The notes beneath the pieces are model-generated. The model made no database searches, was not told the DNA's origin, and saw only the letters and a program-made list of their open reading frames with translations. The position numbers and the translations under genes were made by a program. 64,000 nucleotides of DNA from an uncultured Gemmatimonadales bacterium (GTDB taxonomy: Bacteria > Gemmatimonadota > Gemmatimonadetes > Longimicrobiales > Gaopeijiaceae): positions 2,656,001 through 2,720,000 of the forward strand of contig CAWELD010000003.1 in NCBI GenBank assembly GCA_963809895.1, written 5' to 3'. Within the stretch, counting starts at the first letter, position 1. Each line of letters starts with the position of its first letter. Shown piece after piece: positions 49,828 to 58,197 of the stretch.

Positions 49828-50249
49828 CACGGGCTCGCCTGTGGGCACTGTTCGCCGTGGCCACGGCGATCCCCGGCTCCGTCGCGGCACAGTCGTCGGT
49901 GGGCATGATCGTGGGTGAGCCCACCGGCGTGTCCGTGCGCGTGGGCACGGTGCAGGCTCATGCCGCCTGGTCCTTTCGAGACGACGGCGCCCTGCACCTG
50001 AGCGCCGACAAGGTCCTGCGCTTCGGCAACATGGAGACGGGCCTGGTGTGGTACGTCGGTCTGGGCGCCCGGGCGAAGTTCGCCGACGACGTCCGCATCG
50101 GCCCCCGCGTGCCGGTGGGATTCCTCTATCCCGACGCGGGCCCCTTCGAGGTCTTCCTCGAGGTGGCCCCCATCCTCGACCTGACCCCCGAGACCACACT
50201 CCGTGTCAACGGAGGGATCGGGCTGCGCTACGTGGTGGGCCGCCGCTGA
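49824..50249 (+). CDS. Small outer-membrane beta-barrel-like protein (141 aa)
   Basis: GTGA overlap; signal AA|Q; GMIVGEPTGVS; WYVGLG; EVFLEVAP; GGIGLRY C-terminus. Confidence 0.7.
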   Translation: MTRARLWALFAVATAIPGSVAAQSSVGMIVGEPTGVSVRVGTVQAHAAWSFRDDGALHLSADKVLRFGNMETGLVWYVGLGARAKFADDVRIGPRVPVGFLYPDAGPFEVFLEVAPILDLTPETTLRVNGGIGLRYVVGRR

Positions 50250-50343
50250 CGGCTGGCTTCCCCTTGCGCAGCGTGGCCCCGCGGTGACTTTCCGGAGGCG
50301 GGATCCGGCCCGCCCCGAGCCCTCTCGTTCAGGAGAACACGCC

Positions 50344-51993
50344 GTGATCGCAGCCGGTCGCCTCGCCACGTGCCTCGCGACGCTCCTGCCCGCGCTGGTC
50401 GCGCCGGGCCTTTCCGCCCAGCAGGCGCGATCCCCCATCGCGGTGGAGACCCTACGCGCTGACCTCTTCACCATCGCCGCAGACTCCATGGGCGGGCGCG
50501 ACACCGGATCCCGCGGCGACTATCTGGCCACCGAGTACGTGGCGGCGCGCTTCCGGCAACTCGGGCTGGAGCCCGCCGGAGAGAACGGCAGCTTCTTCCA
50601 GACCATTCCGTTCGTGCATGTCCACGTGGACCCCGCGGTGCGGCTCACCGTGGACGGGACGCCGCTGGAGGTCGCCACGGAAGCCCTCCTCGTTGCGGGC
50701 ATCGATCACTGGGACGCCACCGGGAGACGCGCCGTCTACGGCGGGGTCGCGGGAGATCCCTCCACGTGGCCCTCGGCCGCGGCGTTGGAAGGCGCGCTCA
50801 TGGTGGTGTTTCCGCCGGAGGGAGTCGACCCCAACTCACTCCCCGCCACCCTGCAGGCCACCATGGCCAACGACCGCACGGCGGGCGCGGCCGGTTTCGT
50901 GCTCGTGGCGCTCGACCTGTTTCCTGCCGACATCCGGGAGCAGTTCCTCCAGGGCTCCGTCACCACCGACAACAGCCCCGATCCACGCCAGCGGCCCGTC
51001 ATTCTGGCGTCGGAGGGTGCAGCCCGGCGGCTACTGGGCGGCGACCCGGCGTCCCTCACCGCCGGGCAGCGGGGCCCCGCGCTGGGCGGCGCGGTGGCCA
51101 CGCGCGTGGATTCCCTGGACTATCCCGTCCGGAACGTGGTGGCGGTGGTGCGCGGTACGGATCCCCAGCTCCGCGAGACGTACGTGAGCATGTCGGCGCA
51201 CCATGACCACATTGGCCTCACCTCCACGGCCGTGGATCACGATTCCGTATACGCCTACAACCACGTGCTGCGCCCGCTGGGCGCCGACTCTCCCGCTCGC
51301 GCTCCGACGGCGGCCGAATCCACACGCATCCACGAGCTTCGCGACAGCCTCGCTGCCGAGCGGCCAGACGTGCGAGACTCGGTCTTCAACGGTGCCGACG
51401 ACGACGGCACCGGCACGGTGGCGCTCCTCGAGGCCGCCCGGGTCCTGTCCGAGGCGCCTCCACGCCGCTCGGTCCTGATCGTGTCGCACGCCGCGGAGGA
51501 ACGGGGACTCCTGGGATCGGAGTGGTTCACCGACCATCCGACGGTGCCGCTGGACTCCATCGTGGCCGAAGTGGACATGGACATGATCGGGCGCGGCAAC
51601 GCCACCGATCTCCCCGACGGCGGCCCGACGTACCTGGAGGTGATCGGCGCGCGGCGCCTGTCCACCGAGCTCGGCGACGTCTTCGAGCGGGTGAATGCCC
51701 GTCAGACCCGGCCCTTCGTGCCCGACTACTCCTTCAGCGATCCGAACCACCCCCTGCACTACTACTGCCGAGCCGATCACTACAGCTACGCACGCATGGG
51801 GATTCCGGCCATGGCCATGTCACGGGGCGAACACCCGGACTATCACCAGATCACCGACGAGGCGGACCTCATCCACTTCCAGGACCTGGCGAGAGTCGCC
51901 ACGCTGGCCGTCGACCTGGTGGCCGAGCTCGGCAACATGGATCACCGGCCGGTGGTGGACGTGACGGTGGATCCGAACGCGCCCTGCCGCTGA
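50344..51993 (+). CDS. M28 family peptidase with PA-like insert
   Basis: AGGAG RBS; ADSMGGRDTGS; SAHHDH; NGADDDGTG; AEERGLLGS; DMDMIGR; RADHYSY; DYHQITD. Confidence 0.92.
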   Translation: MIAAGRLATCLATLLPALVAPGLSAQQARSPIAVETLRADLFTIAADSMGGRDTGSRGDYLATEYVAARFRQLGLEPAGENGSFFQTIPFVHVHVDPAVRLTVDGTPLEVATEALLVAGIDHWDATGRRAVYGGVAGDPSTWPSAAALEGALMVVFPPEGVDPNSLPATLQATMANDRTAGAAGFVLVALDLFPADIREQFLQGSVTTDNSPDPRQRPVILASEGAARRLLGGDPASLTAGQRGPALGGAVATRVDSLDYPVRNVVAVVRGTDPQLRETYVSMSAHHDHIGLTSTAVDHDSVYAYNHVLRPLGADSPARAPTAAESTRIHELRDSLAAERPDVRDSVFNGADDDGTGTVALLEAARVLSEAPPRRSVLIVSHAAEERGLLGSEWFTDHPTVPLDSIVAEVDMDMIGRGNATDLPDGGPTYLEVIGARRLSTELGDVFERVNARQTRPFVPDYSFSDPNHPLHYYCRADHYSYARMGIPAMAMSRGEHPDYHQITDEADLIHFQDLARVATLAVDLVAELGNMDHRPVVDVTVDPNAPCR

Positions 51994-52252
51994 GCGACCC
52001 GATCCGGGAGTAGTAGCGCAGAAGTTCGTGTCGCACCGAGAGTGACGAAGCACCGCTCTTGTTGTCGAGACCCCGCAGCGCGCATGATGACGACATAAGA
52101 GCATGAGGGCACGGCCGTCCCGGGCCCTTACGTTCGGGCGAGTCGCTTCCCGGCGCCCAATCGGTCCATGGTGCCGCCCGCATCGCCCTGCGTTGTTGGG
52201 GGGTGCGACGTCGCCCCGGTGTAACTCGAGAGGTCGTCAGCAACAGTTCGTC

Positions 52253-52339
52253 GATTCAACTCGCTGAGCGAGTCGATCTCGACAGGTCGCTGAAGCCGCC
52301 GGCCGTGCTTCTACGGATTCAACTCGCTCAGCGAGTCGA
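52253..52339. repeat. Pair of 24-bp palindromic direct repeats with a 39-nt spacer
   Basis: GATTCAACTCGCT(G/C)AGCGAGTCGA at 52253-52276 and 52316-52339. Confidence 0.85.
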
Positions 52340-52463
52340 ATTGGCCAATCGTCGTCCAGGAGGCCTCCAGTGGCCAGTACGCGTAAGCTGTCCCCTGGCA
52401 GCCCGTTGTAGTATTCTGGCTGCCAGGCCCTCGGGGACTCCCCGGAACGAGGAGATCGACGTG

Positions 52464-52754
52464 ATGAGAGCGCTCCTGGCCAGCATCGCTGTGCTGATGG
52501 ACGTTCCCGACGGCTCCCACGAGCTCACGCTGGAGCATCGCTGCTACTACACGGTGCGCGTGGATGTCGCGGTGCGCCCCGACGCCGTCGGGCCCGCACG
52601 TGTGAATGTGGGCCTGCCTCTGACACCGTACACCGGCACGCCGGGCTACTCCGAGCCGTTGGGCGGATGCCGACGACCCGAGCACCTGGCGAACGCGGCT
52701 CCCTCAGCCCCCCGCCTGGATTCGAGTCGATCCAGTAGTGCGTTGAGCATCTGA
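52464..52754 (+). CDS. Possible small ORF or gene remnant (PEGA-like beta segment)
   Basis: GAGGAG RBS; MRALLASIAVLM then DVPDGSHELTLEHRCYYTVRVDV; the C-terminus is not protein-like. Confidence 0.3.
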   Translation: MRALLASIAVLMDVPDGSHELTLEHRCYYTVRVDVAVRPDAVGPARVNVGLPLTPYTGTPGYSEPLGGCRRPEHLANAAPSAPRLDSSRSSSALSI

Positions 52755-52762
52755 TCTGCGTA

Positions 52763-53803
52763 TTACGCGCCATCCTCTCGTCTGCGGTTCTCCAACCACC
52801 AACGAAACGCGTCCGGCACACCCACCGCGGGACGCGTGGTCGGCATCCATCCCAGCTCCTCCCGCGCCCGCCGGCACGCGAAGGGGTTGCCGCGCGTGAG
52901 CACGTCCAGCGTCGCCCCGGCGTAGCGAGCGACCTCACCCCGCCCGGTCAGCCGCAGCCCCACCGCCAGGGCCCCCAGCGCCGCGGCACCCAGCGCCCGC
53001 GGAAGCCGCGGCGCCCAGATCCGGCGCCCCAATCCCTCGCCGGCCCAGCGCACCAACTCTTCGACGGTGATGGGAACATCCTCGGTGAGGTGGTAGACGC
53101 GCCCAGCCGGTCGATCCGCGCCCCCCGCCAGGACCGCTCCTTCCGCCACCGAGCGAGCGTGCACCAGACTGAGCGTGGTCTGTCCGCCCCCGAAGAGCGG
53201 AAACAGGCCCCGCTCGAGGACCGGTCCGACCCGGGGCGCGAACTGCCGGTCCCGGCGACCGTACATGACGGGAGGGCGCACGACGGCCGCCCACACCCGG
53301 CCCCGGGCGCACGCCTCCAGCACGACGGCCTCGGCCTCCTGCTTGGAGCGTCCGTAGCCGTCGTGGACCGGCAGCTCGGGCACAGGCGTGTCTTCGTCCA
53401 CCGGCGCCAGATCCCAGCGCTGCTGCCCGAACACCGCGGTGGAGCTCACGTGCACGAGTCGGGCACCGGCCACGCGGGCGGCCTCCACCACGTGCGCGGT
53501 CCCGCGTACGTTCACGGCGCGGAAGGCCTCCACATCCGTGTCCGCACCGATGGCACCGGCGGCGTGGAAGATCTGGGCGCACCCGGCGGCGGCCTCCGTG
53601 AGCGACGCCGGATCGGTCACGTCTCTCCGCACGGGCACCGCGCCCAACTCCGTCACCAGCCGCGCGCCCGCCTCGTCCCGCACCAACGCCCGCACCGGAC
53701 AACCCTCTCGGTGAAGGACCTCGCACAGATGGGATCCCAGCAACCCCGTGCTGCCCGTGACCAGCGCCGGCTTCACGTCGCCTCCGCCTCCGAGTTCGAT
53801 CAT
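52763..53803 (-). CDS. NAD-dependent epimerase/dehydratase (extended SDR); alternative GTG start at 53776
   Basis: LVTGSTGLLG; FHAAG; HVSSTAVFG; YGRSK; RPPVMYG. Confidence 0.9.
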   Translation of the reverse strand: MIELGGGGDVKPALVTGSTGLLGSHLCEVLHREGCPVRALVRDEAGARLVTELGAVPVRRDVTDPASLTEAAAGCAQIFHAAGAIGADTDVEAFRAVNVRGTAHVVEAARVAGARLVHVSSTAVFGQQRWDLAPVDEDTPVPELPVHDGYGRSKQEAEAVVLEACARGRVWAAVVRPPVMYGRRDRQFAPRVGPVLERGLFPLFGGGQTTLSLVHARSVAEGAVLAGGADRPAGRVYHLTEDVPITVEELVRWAGEGLGRRIWAPRLPRALGAAALGALAVGLRLTGRGEVARYAGATLDVLTRGNPFACRRAREELGWMPTTRPAVGVPDAFRWWLENRRREDGA

Positions 53804-53829
53804 GCTCCATCATAACCCGACCCGCACGA

Positions 53830-53869
53830 CAACGGGCCCCGCGGGGCAGCTCGCCCGCGGGGCCCGTTG
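53830..53869 (-). terminator. Stem-loop downstream of the ScyD/E-like gene
   Basis: Perfect 16-bp stem CAACGGGCCCCGCGGG / CCCGCGGGGCCCGTTG with an 8-nt loop; weak U-tract. Confidence 0.65.
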
Positions 53870-53899
53870 CGGCCGGAGATCCGGCGTGGCTCGGGTGGG

Positions 53900-55051
53900 T
53901 TACATGCCCGGTGCGGCGATGCCCGGGTACTTCACGACCTCGCCCGAACCCGGTGCACCCACGCCGTTGATCGTAATGTAGGCATCCCCCGCGGCATTGA
54001 ACGACACCGCCGTGGGCAGGGAAAGCCCCGACAGCACCGCCACCGACGTGCTGTCCCCCGGCATGATGCGCATGAGCGCGCCGGAATTGGGTTGCGGTCC
54101 CTCCTCACCGAAGACGCCCATGGACACGGCGTACATGTTGCCGTCCGGGGCCGCCTTGAGATCGGTGAGCATGGTCAACCCGGTGGCGTAGTCCTCGTAG
54201 GTTCCGTCGTCGGTGTTCACCTGCACCACCCGGCTCAGCCCCGGCAGGAAGGGCACGCCGGTGAGGAGCGACACGTAGGTGTTGCCATTGAGGAAGACCA
54301 CCCCCGTGGGCACCGCCTCGATCTCCATGGCGTTCCCGCGGTTGGGATTGGGGATCGGGCCCGGATACGGCCCGAACACGGCCTTGAGGGTGACCTCACC
54401 GGTGGAGGGATCCATGGTGAGGAGGTCGTTGCCCGCCGCATCGGCGATCCAGAGCATGCCGTCGGGCCCCGCGGTAAGACCGTAGGTGTGGCTCTCCACC
54501 AGCGCACCCTCCGGGTTCTGCGACTTCTCCAGGTCCCAGGTGTTGCCCACCTCGGTGAACTGGCCGTCGTCGTAGCGCAGAACCGCGGCGAAATGGGGGA
54601 GTCGGTCCACGGAGCTGCCGTCGCTCCATCCCATGCTGCTCACGTAGAGCTGGCCGTCGAGCATCACGATGCGGTTGGCGCCCTCCGGCCCATCGGCGAA
54701 TCCGAGCGAGGGGAGGTTGCCCATGTCGGCCTGCGTGCCGTCGGGCGTCACGCGCACCAGGCGCGCGGTCTCACCCCAGCCCATCTTCGTGGGCGTGCCG
54801 TCCTCGATGGAGGGCGTGACGATGGAGTCGTTCCCGCCCAGACCGCTGTCCACCACCCACACGTTGCCGGCGTCGTCGACCATGACACCCATGGGGCCGT
54901 TGAGCCCGGTGGCCACCACCGAGGGTGTGTCGGCGGCCATGGCCATGTCGCCGCCCCCTTCCTCTCCGGCGTCTCCCCCGCCTCCGCAGGCGGCGACTCC
55001 GAAGGTGAGAACCACTGCCGAACAGACCAACTGGGACATTCGCTTGCTCAT
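53900..55051 (-). CDS. ScyD/ScyE-family beta-propeller lipoprotein
   Basis: AGGAG RBS; lipobox VAAC; VVATGLNGPMG; ESHTYGL; IADAAGNDLL; EAVPTGV; YVSLLTG.PF..G; YATGLT.LTDL. Confidence 0.8.
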   Translation of the reverse strand: MSKRMSQLVCSAVVLTFGVAACGGGGDAGEEGGGDMAMAADTPSVVATGLNGPMGVMVDDAGNVWVVDSGLGGNDSIVTPSIEDGTPTKMGWGETARLVRVTPDGTQADMGNLPSLGFADGPEGANRIVMLDGQLYVSSMGWSDGSSVDRLPHFAAVLRYDDGQFTEVGNTWDLEKSQNPEGALVESHTYGLTAGPDGMLWIADAAGNDLLTMDPSTGEVTLKAVFGPYPGPIPNPNRGNAMEIEAVPTGVVFLNGNTYVSLLTGVPFLPGLSRVVQVNTDDGTYEDYATGLTMLTDLKAAPDGNMYAVSMGVFGEEGPQPNSGALMRIMPGDSTSVAVLSGLSLPTAVSFNAAGDAYITINGVGAPGSGEVVKYPGIAAPGM

Positions 55052-55157
55052 GCTTCGCTCCTGTGGAACAGAGTGGCGTATCGTATGCCTCCATGGGCCA
55101 CCGCCCCGCTCCGGACGCCCGCAGGCTCCGGCCCCACCGCGTCCCAGGCCCCCTGCG

Positions 55158-55587
55158 TCAATCCTCCTCGTGCTCGCGAGACAACATGAATACCAGCGCA
55201 TCCAGGTCCTCGGGCGACAGCCCGGTGTAGGCCGGCATGGTGAACCGGGTGTGCTCGTAGCCCGGAACCTTGTAGGCGCCGGGATTCTGGATGCTCTCGC
55301 GGATGTAGTCGGTCGCCGAGACCGCTTGACCGTGGTAGTTCGGATCGTGGATCCGTGCCTCCGCATGCGTGGCCACCCCGTCGTGAGACGGCGCGAACGC
55401 ACCGCCGGTGCCGGCCCGGGTCAGCGTGTGGCAGGTACCGCAGTGCTGCTCGTGGTAGACCTCGACCCCTCGCTCCTCCAGCCGCGCTTCGGCCTCGGAC
55501 AGGTTGTCGGCCCCGGCGCAGCTTGCAGCCGCTCAACGATCCCAGGAGCAGGCCGGCGGACACCACACACAGGGCGCGCATCGTCAT
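55158..55587 (-). CDS. Monoheme cytochrome c lipoprotein, +1 frameshift near 55523
   Basis: ATGA overlap with the receptor; lipobox LSGC; after the correction, RGVEVYHEQHCGTCHTL (CxxCH)...DYIRESIQNPGAY.VPGY....MPAY (axial Met). Confidence 0.8.
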
Positions 55588-57669
55588 CCTCCGTGCACCG
55601 TGAGCGCGATGGAGAGCGACCGCCCCGCGCCCGGATGCATCATGCGCACGTTGGTCTGCTGGAAGGGATCGAAGAGCAGGTAGCCCCAACTCTCGTACTG
55701 GTGATCGAAGGCGTTTCGGATGGACGCCGTGGCGTCGACCCGCCCCACGGTCCAGCGAAGCGCGGCGTCCAGCAGGCTGGCTCCTTCCACCGTGGCGGTG
55801 TTCTCGTCGTCCAGGTACGTGTCTCCGATGAACCGGTGCGTGAGGGTCAGAGCCAGATCCCGGGCCAGCCCCAGACGGGCCGACGTCACGAACGACGTCT
55901 CGGGGATGTTCTTGAGCTGATTGCCCTCGTACTCCGATGCCCGGAAGGTGGCGCGGGTGTAGGTGGCGGCATGGGTCACCTCCAGCACTCGGCGACAGCA
56001 CGGCACGGAGCGAGCCCTCGAATCCGGTGTGACGGCTCTGCTGGATGTTGCCGTAGCGGAAGGTCTGCAGATCGAAGTCGATCTCGTCGTCCAGCTCCTG
56101 GCGATAGACCGTAGCGGACAGCTCCGCGAAGCGGCCGGGAGTCCCCAGGGGGATGCGCTGATAGACGCCCAGCTCGACGGACGTGGAGCGCTGGGGCTTC
56201 AGCGCCGGGTTGGACAGGTTCACCGTCTGGCCGGGCTGGCCGGTGGGGATCTCCCGCACGTCGTAGAGCTGATCCAGCGTGGGCGCCTTGAAGGCCCGCG
56301 TCCACGTCGCGAACGCGTTGCCCCGAGCCCCTGGGTGCGTGGAATACGCCAGGTTGAGCCCCAGACGCGGCGACCACTGGTCGAAGGAAGGCGACGCGCC
56401 GGTCTCGCCGTCCTGCGTCGGCCGCACCAGGTCGAAGCGCACGCCGGCGTCGAGGCGCAGGCGCGATCCGAGGTCCTGAACGGCCTGGGCGTGGAGCGCC
56501 AGCTTGGTACGATGTCCGTCACCCTCGGTGAGGAGCGCGCCCGTCTCCGGATCGTGATACCGGCTCCGGTAGCTGGCGAGCTCCGCCTCACCACCCACCC
56601 GGACCTCACCAGCGGCGACGGGGGTCGCCCAGTCGAGACGGCCCCACGCGCTGTTGCTGCCGTCGTCCTGCTGTTGCGTATCGCCGAAGGCCGGCGCCAG
56701 CAGGATCGTCCGGGTGCGATCCTGGTCGAAGTGACGCAGGCTCACCGCAGCGTCCAGGTGGCTTCCGTCGTCGAACACGCGCCGGCCGCCGCCGTCGAGA
56801 CGGGCAGCTGTGCGCGTGCGCTCGTCGGCGGCGAACGGCGAGGCGCTCTGGAGCGGATCCTCGGCCAGTGCATCCGGCGTCAGCGGGCCAGGCTCCTGGT
56901 TCGCGATGCGGCTGAAGGAGAACCGCCCGAAGAGCGCACGGCGTCCGTCGGCGGCGTCCCGGCGGAACGACAGCGTCCCGCTGCCGCGGCTCGACTCGGA
57001 GTGCGCCCGGTATCCGTCCTCCCGGTCCACGTCCACCGAGGCCCGCAGCCGGCCCGCCCCCAGGCTCCGGGCGACGGCGCCCTGGAGTCCCAACCCGCCC
57101 CACGAGCCCAGGGTCACGGCCGCCTCGCTGCTCTCCGGAGCATCGGCTCCCCGGGTGACCACGTTCACCACCGCGCCGAGGGCGGCGTCGCCGTAGGCCA
57201 CCGATGCCGATCCCCGGAGAACCTCGATGCGCTGAATTTCCGACAGGGGGATCTGTGTCCACTCCACCAGCCCGGTGCGATCGTCGTTGACCGGGACACC
57301 GTCGATGGTCAGGAGCACGTACGACGTCTCGCCACCACCGAAGAAGCCCCGGGCCACCGCCATGGGCAGCTTCCCGGAGCCGTCGCGCTCCACGAAGACC
57401 AGACCGGGAATCGACCGCAGCACATCCGGAAGCGTACGCGCCGGACGCCCCAGGAGATCACCCCGGGTGAGCAGGCTGGTAGCGGCCACCGATTCCCGGA
57501 GCGGTGTCGCGAAGTGATCCACGACCACCACGAGCTCATCCAACCGGTAGGCCGGCGTCGCAAGGGAGTCGGCTTGAGCCGACAGGGAGGAGACGCTACT
57601 GCCGAGGAGCAGGGCGATCAAAAGCACTCGCCGCGCACGCGGCGCGGCGAACGGGGAGGGAGCGATCAA
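55584..57669 (-). CDS. TonB-dependent outer membrane receptor, +1 frameshift near 55990 (start approximate, TTG)
   Basis: Signal ending LSA|Q; LDELVVV TonB box; plug IDGVP...IQRIEVLRGSASVAYG..ALGAVVNV; FKAPTLDQLY; NPALKPQ; C-terminal PGAGRSLSIALTV. Confidence 0.88.
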
Positions 57670-57822
57670 GTTTATGTCGGCCAGCTGGGGGGTGGCACGG
57701 CCCGCGGAACCCGTTCCGGGGCCACACGTGAAGGCAGAAGTAATACGGTCACATCCAAAATGCCAAGGATTTTCTCGCTGGGCCTCCTCGCCGGAAGCGT
57801 CTTGCCCGAGACTGACACGGAA

Positions 57823-57856
57823 GATATCTATTACATTCACGTATGTCTTAGAAATC
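57823..57856. promoter_or_regulatory. Candidate PadR operator/promoter in the divergent intergenic region
   Basis: AT-rich imperfect palindrome GATATCTA-TT-ACAT-TCACGT-ATGT-CT-TAGAAATC, 20 nt before the padR start. Confidence 0.5.
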
Positions 57857-57876
57857 ACCGGGATCGGGGGTGTGGA

Positions 57877-58197
57877 GTGAAGGGAGAGCGCCTGGGCGAG
57901 TTCGAAGAGCTGGTCCTGCTGTGCGTGCGACAGCTCGGCGACGCGGCCCACGGAAGTGCCATCCAGGAGGTCCTCTCCGACGAGGCATCCCGAGACGTCA
58001 CGCTGGGCTCCATCTACTCGGCCCTGGACCGGGCACAGCGGAAGGGTCTGGCGGACTCCTGGATGGGCGAGCCCACCGCGGTCCGGGGCGGTAGAGCCAA
58101 GCGCCATTACGCCGTCACCACCGAAGGCGAGGAGGCCCTCCGGGAGAGCCGCAGAGTGCGGGAGCTGCTGTGGGTCGGGTCGGGAGGCGCCGGATGA
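57877..58197 (+). CDS. PadR-family transcriptional regulator
   Basis: LGEFEELVLL...GSIYSALDR...KG...GEPTAVRGGRAKRHYAVTTEG. Confidence 0.92.
   Translation: MKGERLGEFEELVLLCVRQLGDAAHGSAIQEVLSDEASRDVTLGSIYSALDRAQRKGLADSWMGEPTAVRGGRAKRHYAVTTEGEEALRESRRVRELLWVGSGGAG

Noticed and set aside
52253..52339. Mini CRISPR array
   Set aside because: Only two repeats, a palindrome with a 1-nt centre unlike CRISPR hairpins, and no cas genes in the window. Kept only as a repeat.
53900..55051. Scytonemin biosynthesis
   Set aside because: Only a ScyD/E-family protein is present; no scyABC or aromatic pathway genes in the window.
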